Of a DNA stretch of 64,000 nucleotides, positions 12,892 through 22,681 are shown piece by piece. This stretch comes from an uncultured Thermoanaerobaculia bacterium. Its GTDB lineage: Bacteria > Acidobacteriota > Thermoanaerobaculia > Thermoanaerobaculales > Sulfomarinibacteraceae. Each line of letters opens with the position of its first letter. Positions within the stretch are counted from its first letter, which is position 1. Made by a program: the position numbers and the translations under genes. A model generated the notes under the pieces. The model was not told where the DNA came from. It was given only the letters and a program-made list of their open reading frames with translations, and did not search any database. The stretch is from assembly GCA_964440565.1 (NCBI GenBank), contig CAYTTB010000006.1, positions 3,199 through 67,198 on the forward strand, read 5' to 3'.

Positions 12892-13049
12892 GCGCCCCCC
12901 GGCGAGCGGCCGCCGGGAGCGTCGCCCGGCCCCCGCCGGTGTGCGCCGTCCCGCCCTCGCTGTCCCCCCAGGGGGTCGGTGAGCGTCACCTCGAGCGGCC
13001 GGCGGACGGGCCGGCGCCGGGATCCCGGCGCCGGCGCGCCCTCCGCGTC

Positions 13050-13065
13050 CGGCACGGAACGTGCT
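13050..13065 (+). promoter_or_regulatory. candidate sigma-54 (-24/-12) promoter upstream of the Ser/Thr kinase
   Basis: CGGCACGGAACGTGCT versus consensus TGGCACG-N4-TTGCW. GG and GC are at the correct spacing, 50 nt before ATG 13115. It is weaker than the island promoters. A TAGAAT box at 13090-13095 is an alternative sigma-70 -10 element. Confidence 0.3.
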
Positions 13066-13114
13066 TTCCCCCGTGCGGTGGCGGTGGGGTAGAATCGGGG
13101 CATAGGAGTCCGAC

Positions 13115-14968
13115 ATGAGGGAACGGATCGCTCACTACAGGATCGTGGAGGAGCTCGGCCGCGGTGGGATGGGCGTGGTGTACAAGGCGCTCGAGGAATC
13201 GCTCAACCGGTACGTGGCCATCAAGGTGCTCGGTGCCCACCTCGCGGCCGACCAGGACTACGTGAAGCGGTTCGTGCGGGAGGCACAGGCGGCGGCGGCC
13301 CTCAACCACCCCAACATCATCCAGATCTATGGGATCGGGGAGGAGGGGGGCGAGCACTACTTCGCGATGGAGTACGTGGACGGCGTGTCGCTGCAGGAGC
13401 TGATCCGGCGCGAGGGCCGCATCCCCAACCCGAGGGCGGCGGCCATCGTCCTGGAAGCCGCCAAGGGGCTCGCCGCGGCCCACGACCGCGGGATCATCCA
13501 CCGCGACATCAAGCCGGCAAACATCATGATCGACCGCCAGGGGATGGTGAAGATCGCCGACTTCGGGCTCGCCCTCCGCCCCGCGGACCAGACCCGCATC
13601 ACCGCCTCGGGTCTCCTGATGGGCACGCCGGGGTACCTCGCGCCGGAGCAGTGCCTGGACGGCGAGGTGGACCGGCGGACGGACATCTACGCGCTGGGCG
13701 TCACCTTCTTCGAGGCGCTGGCCGGCAGGCCGCCGTTCCAGGCCGACAGCCCGGCCTCGCTGATCCGCAAGATCGTGGACGGCGAGGCCCCCGACATCGC
13801 CGAGCTCGCGCCCGACGTGGACGAGGAGACGCGGGAGATCCTGGCGCGCATGATGGCGAGGGACCCCGGCGAGCGGTACCAGACGTGCTACCAGCTGGCG
13901 GCGGACCTCAAGAGCTACCTCGCGCGCCACGGCGGCGAGGAGATCGGCGCCGTGGCTCCCGCTCCTCACGCCCACGGGGCACCCGCGGACGAGGCCGCGC
14001 CCACCACGCCGGTTCCCAGCGGGCCTGGCGGGCCCGAGGCGGAGGCCCGGCGCGGGGTGCCCGCCGCGCTCCTGGCGGTGCTGCTCCTCGTGGTGCTCGG
14101 GACGGCGGGCGCCGGGGTGGTGGCGTGGCGGGCGGGATGGCTGGCCGGTGTGGGCCGGACCCTCGCCTCCGTACTGCCCGGAGGCTCCGGGCCGGACAGC
14201 TCCGGCACCTCCCCCGGGGGCGCCGCGGCCGACACCCCGCCACCGGCGGTGGCCGCGACGGAGACGGAGCTCGCCCCCGGAAGCGACGTGGCGTTCCAGG
14301 GTGCCGCCGCCCCGCAGGGCGAGGCCACCGGCGGCACGATCTCCCCGCCGGCCGGGGCCGCGCCGTCCAGCGAGGAAGGGCCCGCGGTGGCCGGCGGCGG
14401 CACCGTGGAGCTGGTGGGTGGGCGGCGGACGGCGGAGCCCGAGCCCGGGGCTCCGCCGCTCCACCCGCGGCCGGGCCCCGAGGAGCCGCTTCCACCGGTG
14501 GGCGGCCCCGCGACCGCGCCGGCGCCACCGCCGCCGCGGGGGGTGGCGGTGGTGGACCTGGGCGAGCCGCTGTTCGGCGGCGCCGCCGAGGCGTTCGTGG
14601 AGCGGGAGCTGGCCAGCCGCGGTGTCGAGGTGGTGGACGAGGCGGGGTGGTCCGACGTGGGTGCCCGGCTCGCCGCCGGTCGGCTCGCCGCACCCGAGGC
14701 GCTCGAGCTCACCCGGGGCCGCGTCGCCGCGGCGGTGCTGATCCAGGTGGAGCCGGTGGGCGAGCGGCAGCTGCGCTACATGGGGCGCTCGGACACCGCC
14801 TGGACCGCCGACGTCACCGTGACCGCCTTCGACCCGGAGACCGGGGCCTCGCTCGCGCCGCCGTGCCGCGTCCGGCTCGAGTACACCACCCTCTCGGCCC
14901 AGCGCGTCGCCGAGCAGAAGCTCGCCGACTGCGCCTGGAGCCTCGCGGACGCGCTGCTGCGCCGCTGA
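13115..14968 (+). CDS. transmembrane Ser/Thr protein kinase (Hanks type)
   Basis: Kinase motifs: GRGGMGVVYKA, AIKVL, HRDIKPANIMI, DFGLA, GTPGYLAPE. One TM segment (ALLAVLLLVVLGTAGAGVVAW), a Pro/Ala-rich linker and a C-terminal extracytoplasmic domain. RBS AGGAG precedes the ATG. Confidence 0.9.
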   Translation: MRERIAHYRIVEELGRGGMGVVYKALEESLNRYVAIKVLGAHLAADQDYVKRFVREAQAAAALNHPNIIQIYGIGEEGGEHYFAMEYVDGVSLQELIRREGRIPNPRAAAIVLEAAKGLAAAHDRGIIHRDIKPANIMIDRQGMVKIADFGLALRPADQTRITASGLLMGTPGYLAPEQCLDGEVDRRTDIYALGVTFFEALAGRPPFQADSPASLIRKIVDGEAPDIAELAPDVDEETREILARMMARDPGERYQTCYQLAADLKSYLARHGGEEIGAVAPAPHAHGAPADEAAPTTPVPSGPGGPEAEARRGVPAALLAVLLLVVLGTAGAGVVAWRAGWLAGVGRTLASVLPGGSGPDSSGTSPGGAAADTPPPAVAATETELAPGSDVAFQGAAAPQGEATGGTISPPAGAAPSSEEGPAVAGGGTVELVGGRRTAEPEPGAPPLHPRPGPEEPLPPVGGPATAPAPPPPRGVAVVDLGEPLFGGAAEAFVERELASRGVEVVDEAGWSDVGARLAAGRLAAPEALELTRGRVAAAVLIQVEPVGERQLRYMGRSDTAWTADVTVTAFDPETGASLAPPCRVRLEYTTLSAQRVAEQKLADCAWSLADALLRR

Positions 14969-15035
14969 GGACGCCGCGCGGTTCAGCGACTCGCAGGCCG
15001 CCACGCGCGCGGCCGGCCTCTGGTAGCCTTGCGGG

Positions 15036-16295
15036 GTGGAGAGGGCGCGGCTCGAAGGAAAGGGGGGTGACGTCCCCGGGGGCGCGTCGGCGCCCGCCGG
15101 GCGCGAGGGCTCCATCCGCGTGGGGGTCCTCACCACCTCGTACCCGGTGGAGGACGGCTCGGCGAGCGGGATCTTCGTCCAGCGCCTCCTGCGGAGCTTC
15201 CCGTCCTCCATCGAGCCCACGGTCCTCGCACCCGCCCCCCCGCACCGGTCGGGGTGGGTGGAGGGGGCCCGCCCTCGCGTGTTCGCGTTCCCGTACGCGC
15301 CCCCCCGCTGGCGCCGTCTCGCCCACGAACCCGGCGGGATCCCCGTGGCGCTCCGCAGGAACCCGCTGCTGTGGCTGATGGTCCCCCCGTTCCTCGCGGC
15401 GTTCCTCGCCGCCGCGCGCCGGCTCGCCCGCGAGTCGGACCTGCTCCTCGCCAACTGGGCCCCGAGCGGTGCCGTGGGCGGGGTGGCCGCCCGGGCCGCT
15501 GGCGTGCCGCTCGTGACCGTGCTGCGCGGCGAGGACGTCACGGCGCTGGCCCGCTCCCGGTGGCGCCGGGCCGCCGTCGCGGCGGCGCTCGCCCGGAGCG
15601 ACCGGATCGTCTGCGTCAGCGAGGCGATCCGGGACGCGGTGATCCGGGCGTTTCCCCGCCACCGGGACCGCATCGTGTTCATCCCCAACGGCGTCGCCGC
15701 GGCCGATCCGCCCCATCGCCCACGGCGTCGCGGGGCGCCCCTCACCGCCATCACCGTGGGTAGCCTCGTGCCGAGGAAGCGGCTGGACACGGTCCTCCAC
15801 GCCGTGGCCTCCCTCCCTCGGGAGGACGCCGTGCAGGTCCTAGTGGTGGGCGACGGACCGCAGCGGAGCGAGCTCGAGCGCCTCGCCTCCAGCCTCGGGC
15901 TCGTGCGACGGGTCCGGTTCACCGGGATGGTGGCCCCCGAGGAGGTCCCGCGCCGTCTCGCCACGGCGGACGTCTTCGTGCTCGCCAGCGAGAGCGAGGG
16001 ACGCCCCAACGCCCTCCTCGAGGCGATGGCCGCCGGGCTTCCCGTGGTGGCCACCCGCATCCCGGGTGTGCGGGAGCTGGTGGACCACGGCGTGACGGGG
16101 TTCCTGTTCGACGTCGGCGATGCCGCCGGGCTGGCCGCCGCCCTCGGCCGGCTCCGCGACGACCCGGGTCTGAGAGCACGGCTCGGAGCCGCCGGCCGCC
16201 GGAGAATCGCGGAGCTGGGGCTCACCTGGGAGCGCACGGGGCTCGCGTACGCCCGGCTGTTCACCGAGGTGCTCGCCCGGTGGCGTGCGGGGTAG
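15036..16295 (+). CDS. GT4-family glycosyltransferase
   Basis: The C-terminal GT-B motif is SESEGRPNALLEAMAAGLPVVATRIPGVRELVDHGVTGFLF (the E-X7-E region). The start is uncertain: GTG 15036, or GTG 15120 giving MGVLTTSYP. Confidence 0.8.
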   Translation: MERARLEGKGGDVPGGASAPAGREGSIRVGVLTTSYPVEDGSASGIFVQRLLRSFPSSIEPTVLAPAPPHRSGWVEGARPRVFAFPYAPPRWRRLAHEPGGIPVALRRNPLLWLMVPPFLAAFLAAARRLARESDLLLANWAPSGAVGGVAARAAGVPLVTVLRGEDVTALARSRWRRAAVAAALARSDRIVCVSEAIRDAVIRAFPRHRDRIVFIPNGVAAADPPHRPRRRGAPLTAITVGSLVPRKRLDTVLHAVASLPREDAVQVLVVGDGPQRSELERLASSLGLVRRVRFTGMVAPEEVPRRLATADVFVLASESEGRPNALLEAMAAGLPVVATRIPGVRELVDHGVTGFLFDVGDAAGLAAALGRLRDDPGLRARLGAAGRRRIAELGLTWERTGLAYARLFTEVLARWRAG

Positions 16296-16298
16296 CCG

Positions 16299-18197
16299 AT
16301 GTGCGGCATCGCGTTCCTCCTCGATGGACGTGCCCCGCGCGACCGGCGACGGGAGCGGATGGCCGCGGCGCTCGCGTGCCTCGCCCACCGCGGGCCCGAC
16401 GATCGGGGGCTCTGGGACGACGAGGTGGTCACGGTGGGGCACCGCCGGCTCTCCATCGTGGACCTCCGGGGGTCCCGGCAGCCGATGGTGGACCGCTCCG
16501 GCCGCTGGGTGCTCACCTACAACGGCGAGATCTACAACTACCGCGAGCTGCGGCGGGAGCTCGAGCCGCGGTGGACGTTCTCCACCCGCGGCGACACCGA
16601 GGTCCTGCTCGCCGGCCTGGCGCTCGAGGGGCCACGGTTCCTGGAGCGCGCCGAGGGGATGTGGGCGTTCGCCCTCTGGGACCGGCTCGAGCGGCGCCTG
16701 CTCCTGGGCCGCGACCGGTTCGGCAAGAAGCCGCTGTACTACCGTCTCCTTCCCGGCGGCCTGTGCGTCGCCTCGGAGCTCGCGGCCCTCGCCGCCCTGG
16801 ACCCGTCGTGCTGGGAGGAAGACCTCGACAGCACCGCCGACTATTTCCGCTACGGCTTCTACCTGCCCGGAACCACCGCGTACCGCGGCGTCCGCGAGGT
16901 GCTGCCCGGTCACACGGCGCGCTGGGCGGAGGGGACGCTCAGCCAGGAGCCGTACTGGCGGCTGCCCACCGGGCCGTTCGCCGGCTCGAAGGCCGACGCC
17001 ATCGCCGCGCTCCGGGAACGCCTCGAGGCGAGCGTCCGCCTCCGGCTGGTGGCCGACGTGGAGGTGGGGGCGTTCCTCTCCGGCGGGGTGGACTCGTCGC
17101 TGGTGAGCGCCCTGGCGGCGCGCGAGCTGGCCGGGGACGGACGGCGGCTGAAGACCTTCACCATCGGCTTTTCCGAGTGGAGCTTCGACGAACGGGCGTA
17201 CGCCCGCCTGGCGGCGCGCCACGTCGGCAGCGAGCACGTCGAGGAGGTGCTCCCCGGCTGGGACGAGGGCCGCCTGGAGGAGCTGCTCCTCCGTCATCTG
17301 GGGCAGCCGTTCGGCGACTCCTCCATCCTGCCCACGACCCTCGTCTCCGAGGTCGCCTCGCGGCACGTGAAGGTGGCCCTCTCCGGCGACGGGGGCGACG
17401 AGCTGTTCAGCGGCTACCAGCGGTACCAGGCGCGCGTGCTGCTGCGCTGGTACCTGGCCACCCCGTCGGCGGCCCGCGCGGCGGTGGAGCGGGTGGTCCG
17501 GGCGCTCCCGGAGCCTGCCGTCCACCACAGCCGCAGCCTCCTCAAGAAGGCGCACCTGTTCGTCCGCGCGGCTCGGCGCGCCGATCCCGACGTGCCGGAG
17601 CTCATCCCCCGCCTGTTCACCGAACCCGAGCTCGCGCGCCTGGTGCCGGATCTCGCCCGCCGTGGGCACCGCCCGCCGGCGCTGCCGGAGGCTCCCCATC
17701 TCGACGACGTGCTCCGCATGATGGCGATGGACGCGCTGGTCTACCTCCCCCAGGACATCCTCGTCAAGGTGGACCGCGCCTCGATGGCGTGCTCGCTCGA
17801 GGCGCGAGCCCCGTTCCTCGACTCCCGGCTCGCCTCCCTGGCGTTCGCCGTCCCCCGCCGGTGGCACCGCCGGGGCGGGCGCGGGAAGTGTCTGCTCCGC
17901 GAGGCGTTCCGGGACCTCCTGCCGCCCGCGATCTGGCGGCGCCGCAAGCAGGGGTTCGGCGTCCCGCTCGGCACCTGGTTCCGCGGCACGCTGGGCGACG
18001 CCCTCCTGCAGCTCGCGGGGGAGGATCCGGGGCCCGTGGCGCCGACCGAGCTCCGGGCGCTGCTCGCCGAGCACCGCGCGGGAGCGGCGGACAACGGGTT
18101 GCGGCTCTGGCCCGTGTACGCCTACCTGCTGTGGCGGCGGCACGGCGGGCGCCCGCACGGCGAGGTCCGGCCTTCCGGGAGGGGAGCGGGACCGTGA
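16299..18197 (+). CDS. asparagine synthase (glutamine-hydrolysing)-type amidotransferase
   Basis: MCGIAF Ntn nucleophile Cys2, YNGEIYNY, and the PP-loop SGGVDSS. 632 aa. It starts 3 nt after the preceding stop. Confidence 0.9.
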   Translation: MCGIAFLLDGRAPRDRRRERMAAALACLAHRGPDDRGLWDDEVVTVGHRRLSIVDLRGSRQPMVDRSGRWVLTYNGEIYNYRELRRELEPRWTFSTRGDTEVLLAGLALEGPRFLERAEGMWAFALWDRLERRLLLGRDRFGKKPLYYRLLPGGLCVASELAALAALDPSCWEEDLDSTADYFRYGFYLPGTTAYRGVREVLPGHTARWAEGTLSQEPYWRLPTGPFAGSKADAIAALRERLEASVRLRLVADVEVGAFLSGGVDSSLVSALAARELAGDGRRLKTFTIGFSEWSFDERAYARLAARHVGSEHVEEVLPGWDEGRLEELLLRHLGQPFGDSSILPTTLVSEVASRHVKVALSGDGGDELFSGYQRYQARVLLRWYLATPSAARAAVERVVRALPEPAVHHSRSLLKKAHLFVRAARRADPDVPELIPRLFTEPELARLVPDLARRGHRPPALPEAPHLDDVLRMMAMDALVYLPQDILVKVDRASMACSLEARAPFLDSRLASLAFAVPRRWHRRGGRGKCLLREAFRDLLPPAIWRRRKQGFGVPLGTWFRGTLGDALLQLAGEDPGPVAPTELRALLAEHRAGAADNGLRLWPVYAYLLWRRHGGRPHGEVRPSGRGAGP

Positions 18198-19363
18198 CCC
18201 CACACGTGCGCCTCGCGTTCGTGGTCTCCTCGCTCGCGTGCGGGGGGGCCGAGCGGGTCGTGCAACTGCTCTCGGGCGGCCTCGCGGAACGGGGGCACGA
18301 GGTCACGGTGATCACCACCACCGAGCGAGAGGACTTCTTTCACCTTCCTCCCGGGGTCGACCGGATCCGGATCGGGCTGGTGCGGTACGTGGAGGACCCG
18401 TACCCGCGGCTCGCCGATCCGCCTGCCGTCGTCCCCCTGCGCGCGATCCGGGGTGTGGTCCGCCTCCGGCGCACTCTCTCCTCCCTCCGGCCCGATCTGG
18501 TCATCGCCTTCACCGACCGGATCGCGGTGCTCACGCTGCTCGCCGCACGGGGCCTGGGGATCCCGGTGGTGGCGAGCGAGCGCTCCGACCCGGCGCTGAA
18601 GCCGCTGGGACCGGCATGGCGCCTCCTGCGGCGGGTGCTGTACCCGTCGGCCGCGGCCCTGGTGTGCCTCAGCCACGGGGTGGCGTCCCGCTTCACCTGG
18701 CTTCCCGCCGACCGGTGCCTCGCCATCCACAACCCGGTGCCCCCGCCTCCACCCGACGACGGATCGCCGCCGCCGCTTGGGCTCGCCTCCGGCGGGTACG
18801 TGCTGGGGATGGGGCGCCTCGCCCACGAGAAGGGGTTCGATCTCCTGCTTCGCGCCTACGCCCGATCGCTCGACCGGGTGGATCCGGGTCCCCTCGTGAT
18901 CGCGGGGGAGGGCGAGGAGCGCCCCCGTCTCGAGACGCTCGCGGCCGAGCTCGGCATCGCCTCGCGGCTCGTGCTGCCCGGTGCGGTGCGGGACCCGTGG
19001 CCCCTGCTCCGCCACGCCGCCTTCCTCGTGCTCTCCTCGCGGTTCGAGGGGTTCGGCAACGTGCTGGTGGAGGCGATGGCGTGCGGCCGTCCCGTGGTCG
19101 CCTTCGCCTGCCCCTCGGGCCCGGACGAGATCGTGGAACACGGCCGGTCGGGGCTGCTGGTGCCGCCGGGGGACACCGCCGCCCTGGCGCGGGCGATGGC
19201 CCGGCTCGCCGCCGACCCCGGCCTCCGCCGGAGGATGGGCGAGGCGGCGCGGGAGCGTTCGCGGGCGTTCTCGCTCGAGCGGATCCTGGATCTCTGGGAG
19301 GACCTCGTGATCGGGACCTTCGCCTCGAGCCCCGGCATCCCCGGGCGGGAGCGGCACCGGTGA
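18194..19363 (+). CDS. GT4-family glycosyltransferase (paralog of 20232..21356)
   Basis: In the frame of ORF 16280..19363 from GTG 18194 (GTGA overlap with the upstream stop). N-terminus: RLAFVVSSLACGGAERVVQLLSGGLAERGHEVTVITT. C-terminus: SSRFEGFGNVLVEAMACGRPVVAFACPSGPDEIVEHGRSGLLVP. Confidence 0.85.
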   Translation: MTPHVRLAFVVSSLACGGAERVVQLLSGGLAERGHEVTVITTTEREDFFHLPPGVDRIRIGLVRYVEDPYPRLADPPAVVPLRAIRGVVRLRRTLSSLRPDLVIAFTDRIAVLTLLAARGLGIPVVASERSDPALKPLGPAWRLLRRVLYPSAAALVCLSHGVASRFTWLPADRCLAIHNPVPPPPPDDGSPPPLGLASGGYVLGMGRLAHEKGFDLLLRAYARSLDRVDPGPLVIAGEGEERPRLETLAAELGIASRLVLPGAVRDPWPLLRHAAFLVLSSRFEGFGNVLVEAMACGRPVVAFACPSGPDEIVEHGRSGLLVPPGDTAALARAMARLAADPGLRRRMGEAARERSRAFSLERILDLWEDLVIGTFASSPGIPGRERHR

Positions 19364-20235
19364 GAGCCGGCCGGGCTCGGATCCCCCGGACGCACCGCGC
19401 GCTGCGCGCCGTGATGCGGGCGCTCTATGCGCGGCGCGGTCCCCGGACGCTGGCGCACCTTCTCCGCCCGCTGCTGCCCGGGTCGGGCTGGGTCTGGATC
19501 GAGGACTTCGACGGCGATCTCCGCTTTCGCTGCAACCTCGACGAGCACATGGGCTCGTACATCTACTGGCGCGGCGCCTACTCCTGGCGGCAGCTGCGGG
19601 TGCTGGACCGGATCCTGGAGCCGGAGATGGTCTTCCTCGACGTCGGCGCCAACCAGGGCGAGTTCACCGTCTTCGCCGCCAAGCGCCTCGTCCGGGGCAC
19701 GGTCCACGCCGTGGAGCCGATGTCCGGGATGCGGCGCCTCCTCGAGATGAACGTCCGCGCCAACGGGTTCACGAACGTCCGGGTCCACCCCGTGGCGCTG
19801 TGGCGCGGCGAGGGGCGGGCGACCCTCTACACGCGGCCGGGGAGGTTCCTCGACAGCTGCCGCCACGACGGCCTCGGGACGCTGTTCCGCTCCGAGCACC
19901 GTCCCGCCGCCGTCGAGGAGGTGGACGTCACGACCCTCGACCGGTGGGCGGAGACGGTGGACCTCGAGCGGCTCGACGTGGTCAAGCTCGACGTGGAGGG
20001 AGCGGAGCTCGGGGTCGTCCAGGGCGGTCTGGCCACCCTCGAGAGGTTCCGGCCAGTGATCCTCCTCGAGGCGAACCGGGACACCGCGGACGCTGCGGGG
20101 TGGCAGCTGGAGGAGCTATTCCGGCTCCTCGAGCCGTGGTACACGTTCGAGGCGATCACGAGCTCGGGGCGCTGCCGTCCCGTGCGCCCCGAACGGCTCG
20201 GCAGGCTCCAGGAGGTGCTGTGCCGCCCACGATGA
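19360..20235 (+). CDS. FkbM-family SAM-dependent methyltransferase
   Basis: In the frame of ORF 18238..20235. Contains FLDVGANQGEFTVFAA (SAM motif I of the FkbM family) and VDVVKLDVEGAELGVVQG. GTG 19360 overlaps the upstream stop; ATG 19414 is an alternative start. Confidence 0.75.
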   Translation: MRAGRARIPRTHRALRAVMRALYARRGPRTLAHLLRPLLPGSGWVWIEDFDGDLRFRCNLDEHMGSYIYWRGAYSWRQLRVLDRILEPEMVFLDVGANQGEFTVFAAKRLVRGTVHAVEPMSGMRRLLEMNVRANGFTNVRVHPVALWRGEGRATLYTRPGRFLDSCRHDGLGTLFRSEHRPAAVEEVDVTTLDRWAETVDLERLDVVKLDVEGAELGVVQGGLATLERFRPVILLEANRDTADAAGWQLEELFRLLEPWYTFEAITSSGRCRPVRPERLGRLQEVLCRPR

Positions 20236-21356
20236 ACCTCGCCCTGGTCGCCGCATCGCTCGACTGCGGCGGGATCGAGCGGGTGGTCCAGCTGCTCGCG
20301 CGGGGGCTCCACGAGCGCGGCCATCGCGTCACCGTGATCACCACCACCGACCGGCCGGACTTCTTCACCCTTCCCGCCGGGGTCCGCAGGGTCCGGATCG
20401 ATCTCGTGCGGACCGGGGGCGGTGGACCGGCCGGCCCCCTCGCCGCCGGGCTCAAGGCGGGCCGGGGGATCCTCCGCCTCCCCGCGCTGCGGGCCGCCAT
20501 CTCGGCCTCCCGCGCCGACGGGGTGATTTCCTTCGCCGACCAGGTCAACGTGGTCACACTCGTGGCCACGGCGGGTCTCGCGGTGCCCGTGGTGGTCACG
20601 GAGCACTCCATCGCGGAACTCGAGCGCCTGGGCCGGGGCTGGCGGGCTCTGCGGCGTCTCGTCTACCGCCGCGCGGCGCTGCTCGTCTGCCCCTCCCGGG
20701 GAATCGCGGGCCGGTTCCGCTGGCTTCCGGCGCCCCGCCGGGTGGTGATCCCCAACCCGGTGCTCCCGCCGCCTGCGATGAGCCCACCACCGCTCGGCCT
20801 CGAGCCGGGCACCTACGTGGCCGCCATGGGACGCCTCACGCGGTCGAAGGGCTTCGACCTCCTGATCCGGGCGTTCGCCAGCCTGCCGCCGGAGGCTGGG
20901 CGGCTGGTGATTCTCGGCGAGGGCCCCGAGCGCCGCGCGCTCGAGCACCTCGCGGAGGAGCTCGGGGTGCGGCGGCGCCTGGTCCTGGCCGGCCGGGTCG
21001 CCGATCCGGTCCCCGCGCTGCGTCACGCGCTCCTGTTTGTCCACCCGGCCCGGTGGGAGTCGTTCGGCAACGCCATCGTCGAGGCGATGGCGTGCGGCGT
21101 TCCCGTCGTGGCGGCTCACTGCCCGCACGGCCCCGGGGAGATCGTCACCCACGGCAGCGACGGGCTGCTGGTCCCGCCCGAGGACGTGGACGCCCTGGCC
21201 GCCGCCATCCGGAGACTCACCGAGGACGTCGCGACGCGGCGCAGGATGGCCGCCGCGGCCGTCCGAAAGGCCCGCCGGTTCCAGCTCGAGGCGGTGCTCG
21301 ACCGCTGGGAGGCGGAGGCCCTGTCCCGCCTCGGGCGGAGGGCGGGGCGGGCATGA
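20232..21356 (+). CDS. GT4-family glycosyltransferase (paralog of 18194..19363)
   Basis: ATG 20232 forms an ATGA overlap with the upstream stop. N-terminus: MNLALVAASLDCGGIERVVQLLARGLHERGHRVTVITT. C-terminus: PARWESFGNAIVEAMACGVPVVAAHCPHGPGEIVTHGSDGLLVP. It is collinear with the other GT4 along its whole length. Confidence 0.85.
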   Translation: MNLALVAASLDCGGIERVVQLLARGLHERGHRVTVITTTDRPDFFTLPAGVRRVRIDLVRTGGGGPAGPLAAGLKAGRGILRLPALRAAISASRADGVISFADQVNVVTLVATAGLAVPVVVTEHSIAELERLGRGWRALRRLVYRRAALLVCPSRGIAGRFRWLPAPRRVVIPNPVLPPPAMSPPPLGLEPGTYVAAMGRLTRSKGFDLLIRAFASLPPEAGRLVILGEGPERRALEHLAEELGVRRRLVLAGRVADPVPALRHALLFVHPARWESFGNAIVEAMACGVPVVAAHCPHGPGEIVTHGSDGLLVPPEDVDALAAAIRRLTEDVATRRRMAAAAVRKARRFQLEAVLDRWEAEALSRLGRRAGRA

Positions 21357-22681
21357 TGGGTGAGCGCCTCCCGCTGCTGCGACGCCTGCCCACGGGGCGC
21401 CTGGCGCGAGGGTTCGTCCTCACCGCCGGCGTGAAGCTCGCCGCGATGGGTCTCACGCTGTCGCTCCAGTGGGTGCTGGTGCGCCTGCTCGGCACCCGTG
21501 GGTACGGCGACTTCACCTACGCCGTGACCTGGTACGGCGCGATCCTGGCGGTGGTGGCGTTCGGCCTCCAGGAAGCAACCGTCCGCTTCGTCGCCGAGTA
21601 CCGCGCCCGCCGTGACGCGGCTGGCCTGCGCGGCTTCCTCGCCTGGTCCCGGCGCCGGGCCCTCGCCCTCGGGCTCGCCGCCGCAGCGGGAGGGCTCGGG
21701 GCGGCAGCCCTCCTCGGGCGCTCCGGGCACTCCGCCCTGGCGGCGACGGCTGTTCCCGTCGCCCTCGCCCTGGCGCCCGGGGCCATGTTGCTCCTCACCG
21801 GAGCGTTGCTCCGCGCCGAGGAGCGGTTCGTGCCCGCCCAGGCGCCCGTCCAGGTGGTCCAGCCGGCCGTGGTGATGGCGCTGGCCTGGCTCGCGGTGAG
21901 CCGCCTCGGCCTTCGCGCCGCGGCGTCCACGGCGGGATGGGCGTTCCTGGTGGCGGTCGTGGCGGCGTACTGCACCTCGAGCGCCCTCGCCGCCCCCTCC
22001 CTCCGCCGTCTCGGCGCCGGGGAGGCACGACGAGAGCCGCGTAGGTGGCGCGAGGCCACGGTGCACCTCGTGGGGCTCGCGGTGGTCCCGCTCCTCGCCC
22101 GGACCGACGTCATGATGCTGGGCGCGCTCGCGGGCACGCGCGAGGCCGGGATCTACGCGGCGGCGGTGCACCTCGCCACGGTGATCGAGACCGGCTTCAA
22201 CCTGCTGACGTCGGTGACCATGGCGAGGATCGCCGCCCTCCACGCGGCTGACGACCGCCGTGGCCTGGCCCGGCTCATGCGGCCGTTCTCGGCCGCGGCC
22301 GCGGCGACCGCGGTGCCGGTGGCGGCGGTCCTCGTCGTCGCCGGAGGTCCGGTGCTCTCCCTCTTCGGCGCCGACTTCGTGGCGGCCCGTCTGCCGCTGG
22401 CCGTGCTCGCCCTGGGCGGCCTGATCCACGTCCTCACGGGGCCCGTGGCCCGCCTCCTCACGATGACGGGGCACCACCGCCCGGCGCTGCGACTGATGAT
22501 CGCCGCCGCCGTGGCCAACCTCGTCCTCAACGCGCTGTTGATCCCGCCTCTGGGCGCTCTCGGCGCCGCGGCCGCCACGGCGTCGGCCATGGTCGCGACC
22601 AAGATCGCGGGGGTCATCCTGGTGCGCCGCCGGCTGGGGATCGACCCCACCGTGATGTCGCTGCTCCGGAGGAGAGCGTGA
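21353..22681 (+). CDS. polysaccharide flippase (Wzx/MOP superfamily)
   Basis: 442 aa from ATG 21353 (ATGA overlap). It is a multi-pass hydrophobic protein with the typical N-terminal FVLTAGVKLAAMGLTLSLQWVLVRLLGTRGYGDF. Confidence 0.75.
   Translation: MMGERLPLLRRLPTGRLARGFVLTAGVKLAAMGLTLSLQWVLVRLLGTRGYGDFTYAVTWYGAILAVVAFGLQEATVRFVAEYRARRDAAGLRGFLAWSRRRALALGLAAAAGGLGAAALLGRSGHSALAATAVPVALALAPGAMLLLTGALLRAEERFVPAQAPVQVVQPAVVMALAWLAVSRLGLRAAASTAGWAFLVAVVAAYCTSSALAAPSLRRLGAGEARREPRRWREATVHLVGLAVVPLLARTDVMMLGALAGTREAGIYAAAVHLATVIETGFNLLTSVTMARIAALHAADDRRGLARLMRPFSAAAAATAVPVAAVLVVAGGPVLSLFGADFVAARLPLAVLALGGLIHVLTGPVARLLTMTGHHRPALRLMIAAAVANLVLNALLIPPLGALGAAAATASAMVATKIAGVILVRRRLGIDPTVMSLLRRRA

Noticed and set aside
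12986-18203. Very long track ORFs on the minus strand (12986..16516, 1176 aa; 15840..18203, 787 aa). Similar giants occur elsewhere: 5999..8647, 8403..10082, 9718..11319, 36528..39644, 36664..40116, 41030..43486, 47803..49950, 51872..54325.
   Set aside because: They are Arg/Pro/Gly/Ala-rich with no recognisable motifs. They run antisense or out of frame to genes with unambiguous family signatures. This is the classic shadow-ORF pattern of high-GC DNA, where stop codons are rare in all frames.
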